DNA from: an uncultured Ruminococcus sp. | Lineage (GTDB): Bacteria; Bacillota; Clostridia; Oscillospirales; Acutalibacteraceae | DNA length: 51,207 nt | NCBI GenBank assembly: GCA_964427365.1 | Contig: CAYRTG010000005.1 | Coordinates: 1 to 51,207 of the forward strand | Reading direction: 5' to 3' | In this document: positions 8,348 through 18,012 of the stretch, one piece after another | How positions within the stretch are numbered: position 1 is the stretch's first letter | How the letters are laid out: the number at the start of each line of letters is the position of its first letter | The notes under the pieces: generated by a model | Databases searched by the model: none | What the model was told of the DNA's origin: nothing | The model's input: the letters and a program-made list of their open reading frames with translations, nothing else | Position numbers and translations under genes: made by a program

Positions 8348-11300
8348 ATGCGTAAAATATTTAAAAAGCTATCGGAGTTAAATATATCGCGACGGGCAGT
8401 GTTGTCTGTCATTTCCCTGATGCTTTGTGCTTTAATCGGAATTGCGGCAAATTTATCTATGCTTGCGGGTCTTGATTTTTCCCAAAAAATAACCGACGGC
8501 ACCTTTACGTATAAAGGGGATGATTTATCCGTCACAGCTGAGGTCAGCGGTACGGTACCCGGTGATTCTCAGCTTACGGTTACAAGAGCTGATTCCTCAT
8601 CCCATGAATATACTGAGCTTTCCAAAAAGGTTGCAATGACCGCCGATGCGAAGCCTATGCTGGCGGTCAACCTTGCTTTCACCGGCGAAAGCGGCGAAAA
8701 GCTTGAAAATACTGTGGCAAATAAAGCCAAAATTACCGTCAGCGGCGAGGCTGTTGACAGCTGCTACAATACCTACCAAAGCCTTGTTAAGCAGCTCGAG
8801 GACACCGACAGCGATGCTGTAATCAAGGCTTATCAGCTTCAGTCCGACGGAGATATTGACGAGCTTGGTCTTGTTGAGAGTGAGCAGCGTGACCTTGACG
8901 CCTCATATACAATTGGTGGCGAGGCTGAGGGCACAATTATGTTTGCCGCCGAGCCACAGCTCTCTGCTACAGCTGCGGATGAGAATGTAAATTTTACCGT
9001 TCAGTACTATGCAAGAATCAATAATATAAGTCTTACTACTGTAGAAGATCCTCATAATGCTAATTACCCCAAATATGCAACTAAGAGCAGCAGCGGTTCT
9101 ACGGAGCTATACCTCGAGTCTATGAATACTCACACCGACAGCGGTGCGGTTCTTCCTAAAAACGGACAGGATAATAACCGTGTTTGGACTGCTCTTGAGC
9201 TGGTTTCCGACAGCAGTGTTCAGCCTGCGAACGGCTCAACGGCAAAAGACGGAAATATGTATAAGTTGAAGCTCGATACCGATGAAACTCCCTATCAGCT
9301 TTTCCTTGACCATTCCTTTAACACGGCGAATTACAAGGACACCGGCTCAGTAAACATTCTTGCAAATTCCACATCATATACACCAACGGCTATTCGTGTG
9401 TATGCAAGCAAGGATGATACAAATCCCACAACTTATGATATAGACTCAAGTGATCCCGATTCTGTAAATGACTATACTATTACCACCGAGTCTGACGGAA
9501 CGGAGAAAAACATCGTAGTTTCCGAGGGCTCTGTTATTCGATTTGTTTACGGAGAGACCGATATTTCCGATGAATCTACCTCAGATGTAGATTGTACCTT
9601 CTATGATTACAATATTTCCGATGGTAATGTATATTCCGACGCCGACCTCAGTTCACTGGTTACTAAGAGCGAATGGGATAATTTGACAACAGATTCCTAC
9701 CTGTCAACTTACAGAAAAGGTATAAATAATGATATAAATTATGAAATACAGTATCAAACAACAGTGGATAACAACGGCACTGATGATACAGATGATGACG
9801 TAATTAACAAAAAGCAGATTACCGAGGCTTTATTAGGTTTCGGTAACGCTAATATGGGCACCGGATTGGGCAGTGATGCAATTACATATACTGATGAAAA
9901 CAATAATGAGCAAAGCCTGCTTATAAATGCCAGCAACGATCAGTCGGGAAACAATGAATATAACTTTTACAACAGCGGTGCCGCCTTTGGTCTTGTTACA
10001 GGTATTGACAGCGAGGGTAACCTGAAATTCAAGAATAGTATTGCCGCTCCCAACCTTTTCGGTACCACATCCGCAAAGGGAAAGAATATCTATAACAACG
10101 GTCAGCTTCATTTCAGACAAAAGGGAGATACATATATTCTTTCTTCCTCCTCAATCGGAGATGAGCAGAGAGATTATAATCTTGAGTATTTCTTTATCCC
10201 CGAAAACGGAGTTACAAGTACCGGTAACGTTACCTTTACCAACAATTTCTGGCCTATGGATAAATCCTCGGAAGATTATGAGACAAATGACCCGCAAATC
10301 GGTGTAGTCGATACCCATAGGATGTTTTCCGGTGATACAACCGGCGCTGTGCCTTCATCCGATGATACATTAGACCACAACGCTTTCTACGGTATGAAGT
10401 ATGAGCTGGACTTCCAGCTTGCCGACGATTACACAGGTCCCCTTAACTACTATTTCTTCGGCGACGATGATATGTGGGTATTTTTAGACGGTCAGCTTGT
10501 CTGCGATATCGGCGGTATTCATTCGGCTCTGGGTCAGTATGTAGATCTTTGGGACTATTTGGACAAGCCCGATACAAATAGCTATGAAACGGACATTTCC
10601 ACCACCAGCACCACCCATACCCTCTCTTTCTATTACACAGAGCGCGGCGGCGGCGGCTCAACCTGCTATATGCGCTATACTCTGCCCTCTGTTATTACAA
10701 CTTCAACGGAAGATAACTCCGGTACCCTTAAGGTTGAAAAAGAGGTTGCTGATCCCGGCGACGAGTATCTAAGCACTCAGCCGGCTACCTCTGCAACCGA
10801 GGCGACAGAGGCAACCACGGAATCGGAGCCTACATACGAGGATGTAGAGCCTGATAAACTTATTTCTAAAACTATATATGTTAATACCACCGCAGTAAAT
10901 AGTGATGGTTCCGTTTATTATGCATGGGTATGGGACTATGACGCGGAAACAGGCAAATATGACTTAAACGGTCACTGGGAAAAGCTTGAAAAAATCAACA
11001 GTAATTATTACAGTCTGACTGCTCACATAACCGAGAGCGCTCCTGCAAAAATAATTATTGCCAGAGTGAATCCTGATGAGGAAAATAACCTGACATCAGA
11101 TACCCCATGGGATGACAGCGCTGCACATACAATTGTTTGGAACAGAACATATTGCGGTACAGGCGAAGACGGTAATGATATAGGTTTTACTATAAGCAAT
11201 GACGATACCGATAATTTAATTATTTTGACAGGCTATGATGAACAAAACACTTATCATATGACCTATGAGATGACTGAAATTGACCCCACAAGCTCTGAGC

Positions 11301-14300
11301 TGGCAGACAAAAAAACAGTATATATTGATACATCAAATGTGGATGGTGACAATGCTGTATTCTACGCATATGTGTGGAATGCCAATGCAACTGCCGGAAC
11401 AAGCGGTACATGGGTGGAAATGAACAAGCTGAATTCAGATTACTATTCCCTTGATGTCAAATACGACTTTAGCTTTCTTGTGGGTAGATTTAATCCGAAA
11501 AAGGTAGACAGCGTTGATGACGCTCGTTTTAACAACGATTCAGAGACAGACGGACCTATGTGGAATCAATCTGAGGATATAGGACCGATAACCGACGCTG
11601 ATACAAATAATTTATATGTATTATCTTTTGCAGACGGAAAAGATAAAATTCAATACACGAGTGAAGAAATTGCTGATGACAGCAACTACCTTGCTCCCGA
11701 CGTCAAGGTGTATTTCAAGGTGTCCTCCTCCGATACAAGTAAAAACTATTTCGCCTGGGTATGGGGTGAAAAGAACGGTGAGAGCGGGCACTGGGAGAAG
11801 CTTACCGACATCAATACCAATTACCAATCCCACACCTTCAGAAAAGGCGAGAAATTTATAATTGTGTCCTCAACGTCCGATTCGTGGAGCGGTGATGGTA
11901 AAGAATGGAATAATCTCGAATCACCTGAAACAATTAAATATGAAACACAGTATGACGGCACAACCACATTTTATGATTTATCCGATGAAAACAATACGGA
12001 AACCAATGCCGAAAATATTCCTGCCGATGACCTTACCGCCGGCGTAGTTCCCTCAAACTACAGCGTGGGCATATATGAGATTACAGGCGGCTCAACTCTT
12101 GATGTGTATGACGATTATGAGAAGGGTGTATTAAAAGACTCAAAAGAAGTAGGTTCATCCGGAAGTACATATTACATTCTTATAAGAGAACTTAAAAAGG
12201 ACAGCTTAGGCAGTCTTTGGGGTAGATTTGACTTCTACTATGAATTGTCGGGTTCAGATAAAGAGGGAATGTATAATAATGTTTGGGTTGAGATTGCTTC
12301 CTATAACTCTGCTGAAAATACGGTTACAGATAACTCGGCGCTTACCTTTAAGACTAATGAAGGATTGTGTCAAACGGGAAGCTATACAACAACAGCCGGT
12401 CGCACGGCGTACTGTTATCCCAACACGTTCTATAAATCAGTTGGTACTATCAGCTCCGGGACAACTGTAGAGGTTATTGATATTGATGTTTGTCTTGACG
12501 GTAGCTATAGTAGTTATGGAGCTGGAGGCATCTGTTGGGGCAAGGTAAAATTATCCGACGATACATATGGTTGGATTAACATCAGAAGTAATTTTGTATC
12601 CGGCGGTACAACCGGTACCTTCACCGGAGATACTCTTGACTCTGTCAAGGACTGGAGCACATCTGATTTCTCCGCTCCGTATGCGTATACTGCAACTGCA
12701 GATTTACCGGTATATGATAATGACGGCAATCCCGTTACCGGCGATGGCAGTACGGTTAAATCCGGCTACAATATTTATATTAAAAAGCTTAAGGAAGATT
12801 CCTGCGGCAACATTTGGGGTGGTTTTGACTTTTATTATCATACCGAAGATCAAACAGGTACAGAATCGGAGGTTCATACAGATGTTTGGGTTAAGCTGGC
12901 GTCTCAATATTCAAAAACCGATTATGTAGACGACCCCACCTATTCAAACGATTACCAGATTATCCCTGATATAGATACTGTCTATAATTGCACAAGTGCA
13001 AGTGATGTGCCTATGCGTGTGGGACCCTACTATTATTCCAATGTTGCCTCGAAAGCTGTAATACCGGCAGGTACGGAAAATATTAAAATCCTTGATATTG
13101 CCGTTCTTTATGAACAAGATTCAATAGAGGAGATTTCCTATTGGGTTAAAGTGAATTATAACGACGAAGAAGGTTGGGTTAAATTCAGCAGTAAAACCGG
13201 ATGCAATTTTGAAAAAAGCAAGGTAGGAGTTCCCAAACTTTCCGACTATCCTGTAGGCGTTTACATAATTAATCAGGACACAGACATATTCAAGAGCTAC
13301 ACTGTTAAGTCTGTTACAGATGAGTCCGGCAACACCACTGACGAGCTTGTAACAACACAGTTTGCAAGTAATAACAGCGTTACTTCCGGCAATTACATCT
13401 ATATCAACAGAGTAAAGGCTGATAAATTAGGTAATATTTGGGGTAGGTTTGACTATTGGTACTATACTACAGGTGATGGTAACGGTACTGCGGAATATGT
13501 AAACCGTGACGCTCGCATTATGCTTGCAAAAAATAACGGCGAAGAAGCCGAACCCGGCGTATATGCCACCAATATTGCCGGACAGTCTATCCCCAAAACA
13601 GGTTTTTACAAAGCTACTGACGGAGTGAATCTGCGATTTGGACCTAACTATAACGGCAGCGCCTGCTACGGAAGCAACGGTGCGGCGGCTTCCGGTGATA
13701 CAGTAACTGTAACTGATATTGCCGTACGCTACCAAAGCTCTGATATTGAGTGGACGCTGTATGTCAATACTGCCAATACCGAGGGCTGGGCTTCTCAGAA
13801 TTACTTTGAGTATTCTGGTTCCAGCGCTGACGCTTTCCCTACAGGTGCATATAAGCTTGCTTCAGATATGACCGTTTACAGCGATTATAAGAATTTAACG
13901 CAGTTTTCTTCAAATTCAACGGTTAAAAGCGGTTATAATATATATCTTGAGAAAATCGAAGCTGATTCCGACGGCAATATATGGGGTAGATTTGATTTCT
14001 GGTACAGTGAAACCGGCAACACCGGCACCGCTGACAGTGTTAATCGTAATGCCTGGGTACAGCTTGTGGACTATTCAAACGGAACTCAAAACCTACAGCT
14101 TTGCACCGATGGGGATAATATTCCCCTTGAGGGTGTGTACGATTACGTGGGAACAGACGACTCCTACAAAATTCGTTCAGGACCTCATCACGAAGGCTAC
14201 ACCGACCTTAATTCATCAGGAGTATGGATAGAAATCGGCGATGAGGTTAATGTTACCGACCTTGCCGTACGCTATGACACCCAAAACACTCCAAGCTGGT

Positions 14301-17053
14301 GGGGCTATATTACCAAGGATAATGTTTCCGGTTGGATAAATCTTGACACAAGCTACTTTACCAATGAATACAGCGATGTTGAGCCTCTGTTCAGCGGCAT
14401 TGACAATGCTATGATGGGTCTTGACCTTTCCTACCATATTGAAAAGGGCAACACCGGTAAGGTGGACTTCAGAATGATTAAGGCACTGGGATATGATTTT
14501 GTAATCCTTCGTGCCGGTTATCTAAATGTATATAATGAAGACGATCCGTCTTCGTCCACATACGTTACCGATACTAAATTCTATGAATTTTACGTAAAGG
14601 CTAAGCTCGCAGGTCTTAAGGTAGGCTCCTACTGGTACGGATATTCCTATTCCGATACAGACGTAGCTGATATATCTACAACCGAGGCAGAGCAGTACCT
14701 TAAGGTGCTTGAGGGACTTAAGACTTATGTAAAGGATTATAATACAAATAATGATACAGATATTGATGTTACATTCGAGATGCCTCTGTATTATGACTAC
14801 GAGGAACTTGGCACCTATGCCCTTGCCACAAGCGCGTCAGAGATTAAAAATATTACCAACGCTGCCGTAAACTTCTGTAACATTATGGAGAACAACGGCT
14901 ACCTATGCGGCGTTTATTCCTTCACAAGCTGGTACAACACCTGCTTTAACTTCGATCTATTCCCGGCTGATTATCCCATTTGGTGGGCAAGATACCCAAC
15001 AGCTCTCAGCACCCCAACTACATACACTGATTTCAATACAACCGACTATCCAAAGTCCTATTGGTTGAATGATAATGTTGGCTTGTGGCAGTTTGCCTGT
15101 TGGGGCGATCCCTCAACAATTAACAGTCAGGCAGATGTTGATTCCGGCCTTGATGTTGACGTGTGCTATGTAGACTATGAAACATTTTTAAGAGAAGAGG
15201 GCTTAAATGGCTTTGGTACAGCTGATGAGGCGGAAACTACCCCTGAGGCTACTGAGCCGGAAACCCAGCCGACTACTCAGGAGGTCGGCGATGAGACTGC
15301 TCAGCCTACCACATCTCCGGGAGCTGAGGATCCCTCCGACGATACCGAGGTGGTTAAGAGTACCACAAACTTCCCGTTCACTGTTAATTTCTACAGTGAT
15401 GAGGAACTTGAGAATAGCTTAAACGGTCCCTTTGCATACAAGAAATATACCGCATCGGGAACCTTGGTAGGAAGTGCCTTTATTGAAAACGGAGGTACTT
15501 TCTACCTGAAAGACGGCCAGTATGTTGTATTTGAGGGATTACCGTATGATGCTTATTACACCGTTAAGGAAGGGGATGCCGTAACAGGATATTCCACAAA
15601 TGTTTCCGTCACAAACTCCCAACAGGAGGGAGAGGTTATTGATACTGCCGCCGGCAAGTCATATTCCTCGCAGTTGGCGTCCCTGGGCACCGATACTGTT
15701 AAATTTATCAATTCTGTTTCCTACAATTACAGAATTAGGTTTAATTACAAATCCCGTCTTGACGGTGACGTTTACTTTATCAGTGCAGGTGTATTAAAGG
15801 ACGATGAGCTTGAGGACAATTTGCCGAAGCTTAGCCAAAAATTTATTATGAACAATGCTCCGTATGAGGATAACTTCTTTAATTCCATTACATGGAATCT
15901 TGATAATTTTACAACTTCGTATGATGAAACCACAAGAACCGCTACCGCCACCGTATATTCCGACACAGAAGTTCTTACTTCTAATCTTACGGTGCTTGAT
16001 GTAAGCAATTTCAGTACGGATAACAGCAAGGCACTGACTTTCTTTGACACAATTAACCTAAAATACGGTACCTTAGCTAAGGAAGTAAATAAGACAAACT
16101 ATACAGGTACGGATAAAGACGACGGAACGACTAACGAAGGGTTACTTTATACTGCTCCGGATACTATTTCCTACAATTTGAAAGACTATGTATTTGATTA
16201 CTGGGTAGTTTATGACTGTAAGCTTTCTTTGGGTAATGACATAGTATTTGATGAAGAAAATGGCTTATATGTCCGTCCCGAACGCGCTGATAACTTTATA
16301 ACCAAGGTTTATTCCAAGGCATATAACTATGTTGCCTATGATGACTATTACATTGTTCCCGTATATGTTCCGTCAGACAAGACTACATCTCTTGCAACCT
16401 CGGGAATTGCCACCACAATTTCTCTCCTTGATTATTCCCGTAACCAGTACACCGCTAAAGACGGAGAAAGCACAGATAAAACCGGCGCAGTTTATGACAC
16501 TGTTTTCGCTGATTTTGCTCTGATGTATTCCAAAGACGATTTGCTTTTGAACAGCGACCTTGTACCCGAAGGAGAGTCTTATCAGGCAGAGGACGTAAAG
16601 ACAGGATTGTTCTTAGAGGTTTGCGGCACCCTTGATCAAAACGATGACGGAAGCTACAAAACCGATATTACAGATTATTGTGATAAGGTTAAGGAAGGTA
16701 CCAAGTATGTTACCTCTGATGCTGATATTTCTAAAATGAAAAAAGGTATAATAGCTATGACTGATGCCGGTAAGACCTCCGGCGGATATGCGGCAGAAAA
16801 CGGAGATAAGAGAAACATCCTTCGCTATGATATTGATAAAACAAAGCTCAATAACAAGAACAGATATGAGTATTATCTGGGATTTGTGAATAATGACAAT
16901 GTCCGCAACAAGCTCATTAAGGCTTATTCATACATTATATGTATGGACAGCAACGGAGAAGAGCAGATTACATTAAGTGAAAACCCCGTAGTATTCCTTA
17001 ACTATTACGATATAGGAACAAAAACCTATATGTTAGAAGAAGTTACACAATAA
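8348..17053 (+). CDS. Giant secreted multidomain protein: fibro-slime (PA14-like) domain, 3 CBM26-like modules, SH3b-like tandem repeats, GH25 muramidase, Ig-like domain, C-terminal domain of unknown function
   Basis: 2901-aa ORF; N-terminal signal; FFGDDDMWVFLDGQLVCDIGGIH...FYYTERG fibro-slime motif; YAWVW repeats; four WG(R/G)FD(F/Y)(Y/W)Y units; GLDLSYH...FVILRAGY...GSYWY...YYDYE...WQF...DVD GH25 motifs. Confidence 0.85.
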   Translation: MRKIFKKLSELNISRRAVLSVISLMLCALIGIAANLSMLAGLDFSQKITDGTFTYKGDDLSVTAEVSGTVPGDSQLTVTRADSSSHEYTELSKKVAMTADAKPMLAVNLAFTGESGEKLENTVANKAKITVSGEAVDSCYNTYQSLVKQLEDTDSDAVIKAYQLQSDGDIDELGLVESEQRDLDASYTIGGEAEGTIMFAAEPQLSATAADENVNFTVQYYARINNISLTTVEDPHNANYPKYATKSSSGSTELYLESMNTHTDSGAVLPKNGQDNNRVWTALELVSDSSVQPANGSTAKDGNMYKLKLDTDETPYQLFLDHSFNTANYKDTGSVNILANSTSYTPTAIRVYASKDDTNPTTYDIDSSDPDSVNDYTITTESDGTEKNIVVSEGSVIRFVYGETDISDESTSDVDCTFYDYNISDGNVYSDADLSSLVTKSEWDNLTTDSYLSTYRKGINNDINYEIQYQTTVDNNGTDDTDDDVINKKQITEALLGFGNANMGTGLGSDAITYTDENNNEQSLLINASNDQSGNNEYNFYNSGAAFGLVTGIDSEGNLKFKNSIAAPNLFGTTSAKGKNIYNNGQLHFRQKGDTYILSSSSIGDEQRDYNLEYFFIPENGVTSTGNVTFTNNFWPMDKSSEDYETNDPQIGVVDTHRMFSGDTTGAVPSSDDTLDHNAFYGMKYELDFQLADDYTGPLNYYFFGDDDMWVFLDGQLVCDIGGIHSALGQYVDLWDYLDKPDTNSYETDISTTSTTHTLSFYYTERGGGGSTCYMRYTLPSVITTSTEDNSGTLKVEKEVADPGDEYLSTQPATSATEATEATTESEPTYEDVEPDKLISKTIYVNTTAVNSDGSVYYAWVWDYDAETGKYDLNGHWEKLEKINSNYYSLTAHITESAPAKIIIARVNPDEENNLTSDTPWDDSAAHTIVWNRTYCGTGEDGNDIGFTISNDDTDNLIILTGYDEQNTYHMTYEMTEIDPTSSELADKKTVYIDTSNVDGDNAVFYAYVWNANATAGTSGTWVEMNKLNSDYYSLDVKYDFSFLVGRFNPKKVDSVDDARFNNDSETDGPMWNQSEDIGPITDADTNNLYVLSFADGKDKIQYTSEEIADDSNYLAPDVKVYFKVSSSDTSKNYFAWVWGEKNGESGHWEKLTDINTNYQSHTFRKGEKFIIVSSTSDSWSGDGKEWNNLESPETIKYETQYDGTTTFYDLSDENNTETNAENIPADDLTAGVVPSNYSVGIYEITGGSTLDVYDDYEKGVLKDSKEVGSSGSTYYILIRELKKDSLGSLWGRFDFYYELSGSDKEGMYNNVWVEIASYNSAENTVTDNSALTFKTNEGLCQTGSYTTTAGRTAYCYPNTFYKSVGTISSGTTVEVIDIDVCLDGSYSSYGAGGICWGKVKLSDDTYGWINIRSNFVSGGTTGTFTGDTLDSVKDWSTSDFSAPYAYTATADLPVYDNDGNPVTGDGSTVKSGYNIYIKKLKEDSCGNIWGGFDFYYHTEDQTGTESEVHTDVWVKLASQYSKTDYVDDPTYSNDYQIIPDIDTVYNCTSASDVPMRVGPYYYSNVASKAVIPAGTENIKILDIAVLYEQDSIEEISYWVKVNYNDEEGWVKFSSKTGCNFEKSKVGVPKLSDYPVGVYIINQDTDIFKSYTVKSVTDESGNTTDELVTTQFASNNSVTSGNYIYINRVKADKLGNIWGRFDYWYYTTGDGNGTAEYVNRDARIMLAKNNGEEAEPGVYATNIAGQSIPKTGFYKATDGVNLRFGPNYNGSACYGSNGAAASGDTVTVTDIAVRYQSSDIEWTLYVNTANTEGWASQNYFEYSGSSADAFPTGAYKLASDMTVYSDYKNLTQFSSNSTVKSGYNIYLEKIEADSDGNIWGRFDFWYSETGNTGTADSVNRNAWVQLVDYSNGTQNLQLCTDGDNIPLEGVYDYVGTDDSYKIRSGPHHEGYTDLNSSGVWIEIGDEVNVTDLAVRYDTQNTPSWWGYITKDNVSGWINLDTSYFTNEYSDVEPLFSGIDNAMMGLDLSYHIEKGNTGKVDFRMIKALGYDFVILRAGYLNVYNEDDPSSSTYVTDTKFYEFYVKAKLAGLKVGSYWYGYSYSDTDVADISTTEAEQYLKVLEGLKTYVKDYNTNNDTDIDVTFEMPLYYDYEELGTYALATSASEIKNITNAAVNFCNIMENNGYLCGVYSFTSWYNTCFNFDLFPADYPIWWARYPTALSTPTTYTDFNTTDYPKSYWLNDNVGLWQFACWGDPSTINSQADVDSGLDVDVCYVDYETFLREEGLNGFGTADEAETTPEATEPETQPTTQEVGDETAQPTTSPGAEDPSDDTEVVKSTTNFPFTVNFYSDEELENSLNGPFAYKKYTASGTLVGSAFIENGGTFYLKDGQYVVFEGLPYDAYYTVKEGDAVTGYSTNVSVTNSQQEGEVIDTAAGKSYSSQLASLGTDTVKFINSVSYNYRIRFNYKSRLDGDVYFISAGVLKDDELEDNLPKLSQKFIMNNAPYEDNFFNSITWNLDNFTTSYDETTRTATATVYSDTEVLTSNLTVLDVSNFSTDNSKALTFFDTINLKYGTLAKEVNKTNYTGTDKDDGTTNEGLLYTAPDTISYNLKDYVFDYWVVYDCKLSLGNDIVFDEENGLYVRPERADNFITKVYSKAYNYVAYDDYYIVPVYVPSDKTTSLATSGIATTISLLDYSRNQYTAKDGESTDKTGAVYDTVFADFALMYSKDDLLLNSDLVPEGESYQAEDVKTGLFLEVCGTLDQNDDGSYKTDITDYCDKVKEGTKYVTSDADISKMKKGIIAMTDAGKTSGGYAAENGDKRNILRYDIDKTKLNNKNRYEYYLGFVNNDNVRNKLIKAYSYIICMDSNGEEQITLSENPVVFLNYYDIGTKTYMLEEVTQ

Positions 17054-17087
17054 ATCAGTAGTGCTGCGGCTTTTGAAAGGATACGTT

Positions 17088-17972
17088 ATGAAAAAGATTT
17101 TAACTGTTTTTTCAGTAATTTTGACTGTTATTATGGCAGTTTCCTGCTTCGGGTTCAGTGCTTATTCCGCTTCATATTTTAATGCGGAAGGATTTCAGTT
17201 TTTGCCTACCGACAACGGCAATGCCGTAATATATGGTTACACAGGAGGCAATACTCAGGTGGAAATTCCCGAAAAGCTAGCAGGCTACAATGTTATCTCA
17301 ATAGCCGATAATGCGTTTCTAAACAAAGCCGATATCATAGCGGTAAGTTTTGAAAAATCCCTGCATCTTCGTTCTTTGGGTGCTTCAGCATTTGCGGGGT
17401 GCAAAGCTCTAAAAAGCATTTCAATTCCGCAAAGCGTTACCTCGGTTTCTCAATCCGCATTTCAGGGCTGTACCGCCCTTGAAAGTGTTACTTTGGGCAC
17501 GGGTCTTACGGAAATTCCCGATCAGATGTTTTTTAACTGCTCAGCACTTAAAAGCATTGTAATCCCTGATAATATAAGGTCAATAGGTTATAGTGCTTTC
17601 GGCAACTGTACTTCCCTCATTACTGCGAATATTTCTTATATGACGGCGGTAATCGGTGACGGAGCTTTTTCGGGATGCGGAAAACTTACCATATTCGGCT
17701 ATTCCTGCACCGGAGCAGAAAGCTACGCCCTTGAAGCTTCAATACCTTTTATAGCTCTGAATGAAGACAGATTTTTTGACCTGACAGGGGATGGCAGCTT
17801 TGATGTACGGGATATTAACCATATGCAGAAAATGCTTGTAGGCTTGGTGTCCTATGATAATGAGGATCTTGTGTTGCTATGGATATGTGATGTGAATTCC
17901 GACTCTCAATTTGACGTCCGTGACGTTACGGCGCTTCAGGAAATGCTTGCGGGCATTTGTATGTATAAATAA
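17088..17972 (+). CDS. Secreted BspA-type leucine-rich-repeat (LRR_5) protein with C-terminal dockerin
   Basis: Signal peptide; repeats AF.GC..L.SI.IP.SV..I; duplicated Ca-loop DLTGDGSFDVRD / DVNSDSQFDVRD; ATG at 17088 after GAAAGGA. Confidence 0.85.
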   Translation: MKKILTVFSVILTVIMAVSCFGFSAYSASYFNAEGFQFLPTDNGNAVIYGYTGGNTQVEIPEKLAGYNVISIADNAFLNKADIIAVSFEKSLHLRSLGASAFAGCKALKSISIPQSVTSVSQSAFQGCTALESVTLGTGLTEIPDQMFFNCSALKSIVIPDNIRSIGYSAFGNCTSLITANISYMTAVIGDGAFSGCGKLTIFGYSCTGAESYALEASIPFIALNEDRFFDLTGDGSFDVRDINHMQKMLVGLVSYDNEDLVLLWICDVNSDSQFDVRDVTALQEMLAGICMYK

Positions 17973-18012
17973 TAATTTTAGAAATAAATTTTTCCGGAAT
18001 GAGTTGATACTT

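Noticed and set aside
14411-15200. Prophage endolysin
   Set aside because: The domain is internal to a signal-peptide-bearing protein, with no holin, structural or integrase genes in the window
10751-15370. Intein or intron as explanation for the large in-frame insertion
   Set aside because: No Cys/Ser start or His-Asn end, no HINT, endonuclease or RT motifs; boundaries are T/E/P linkers
17911-18012. Extended start of the 1311-aa ORF overlapping the dockerin gene
   Set aside because: The signal peptide begins at ATG 18013 (MKRIKK); the upstream part is an open-frame artefact
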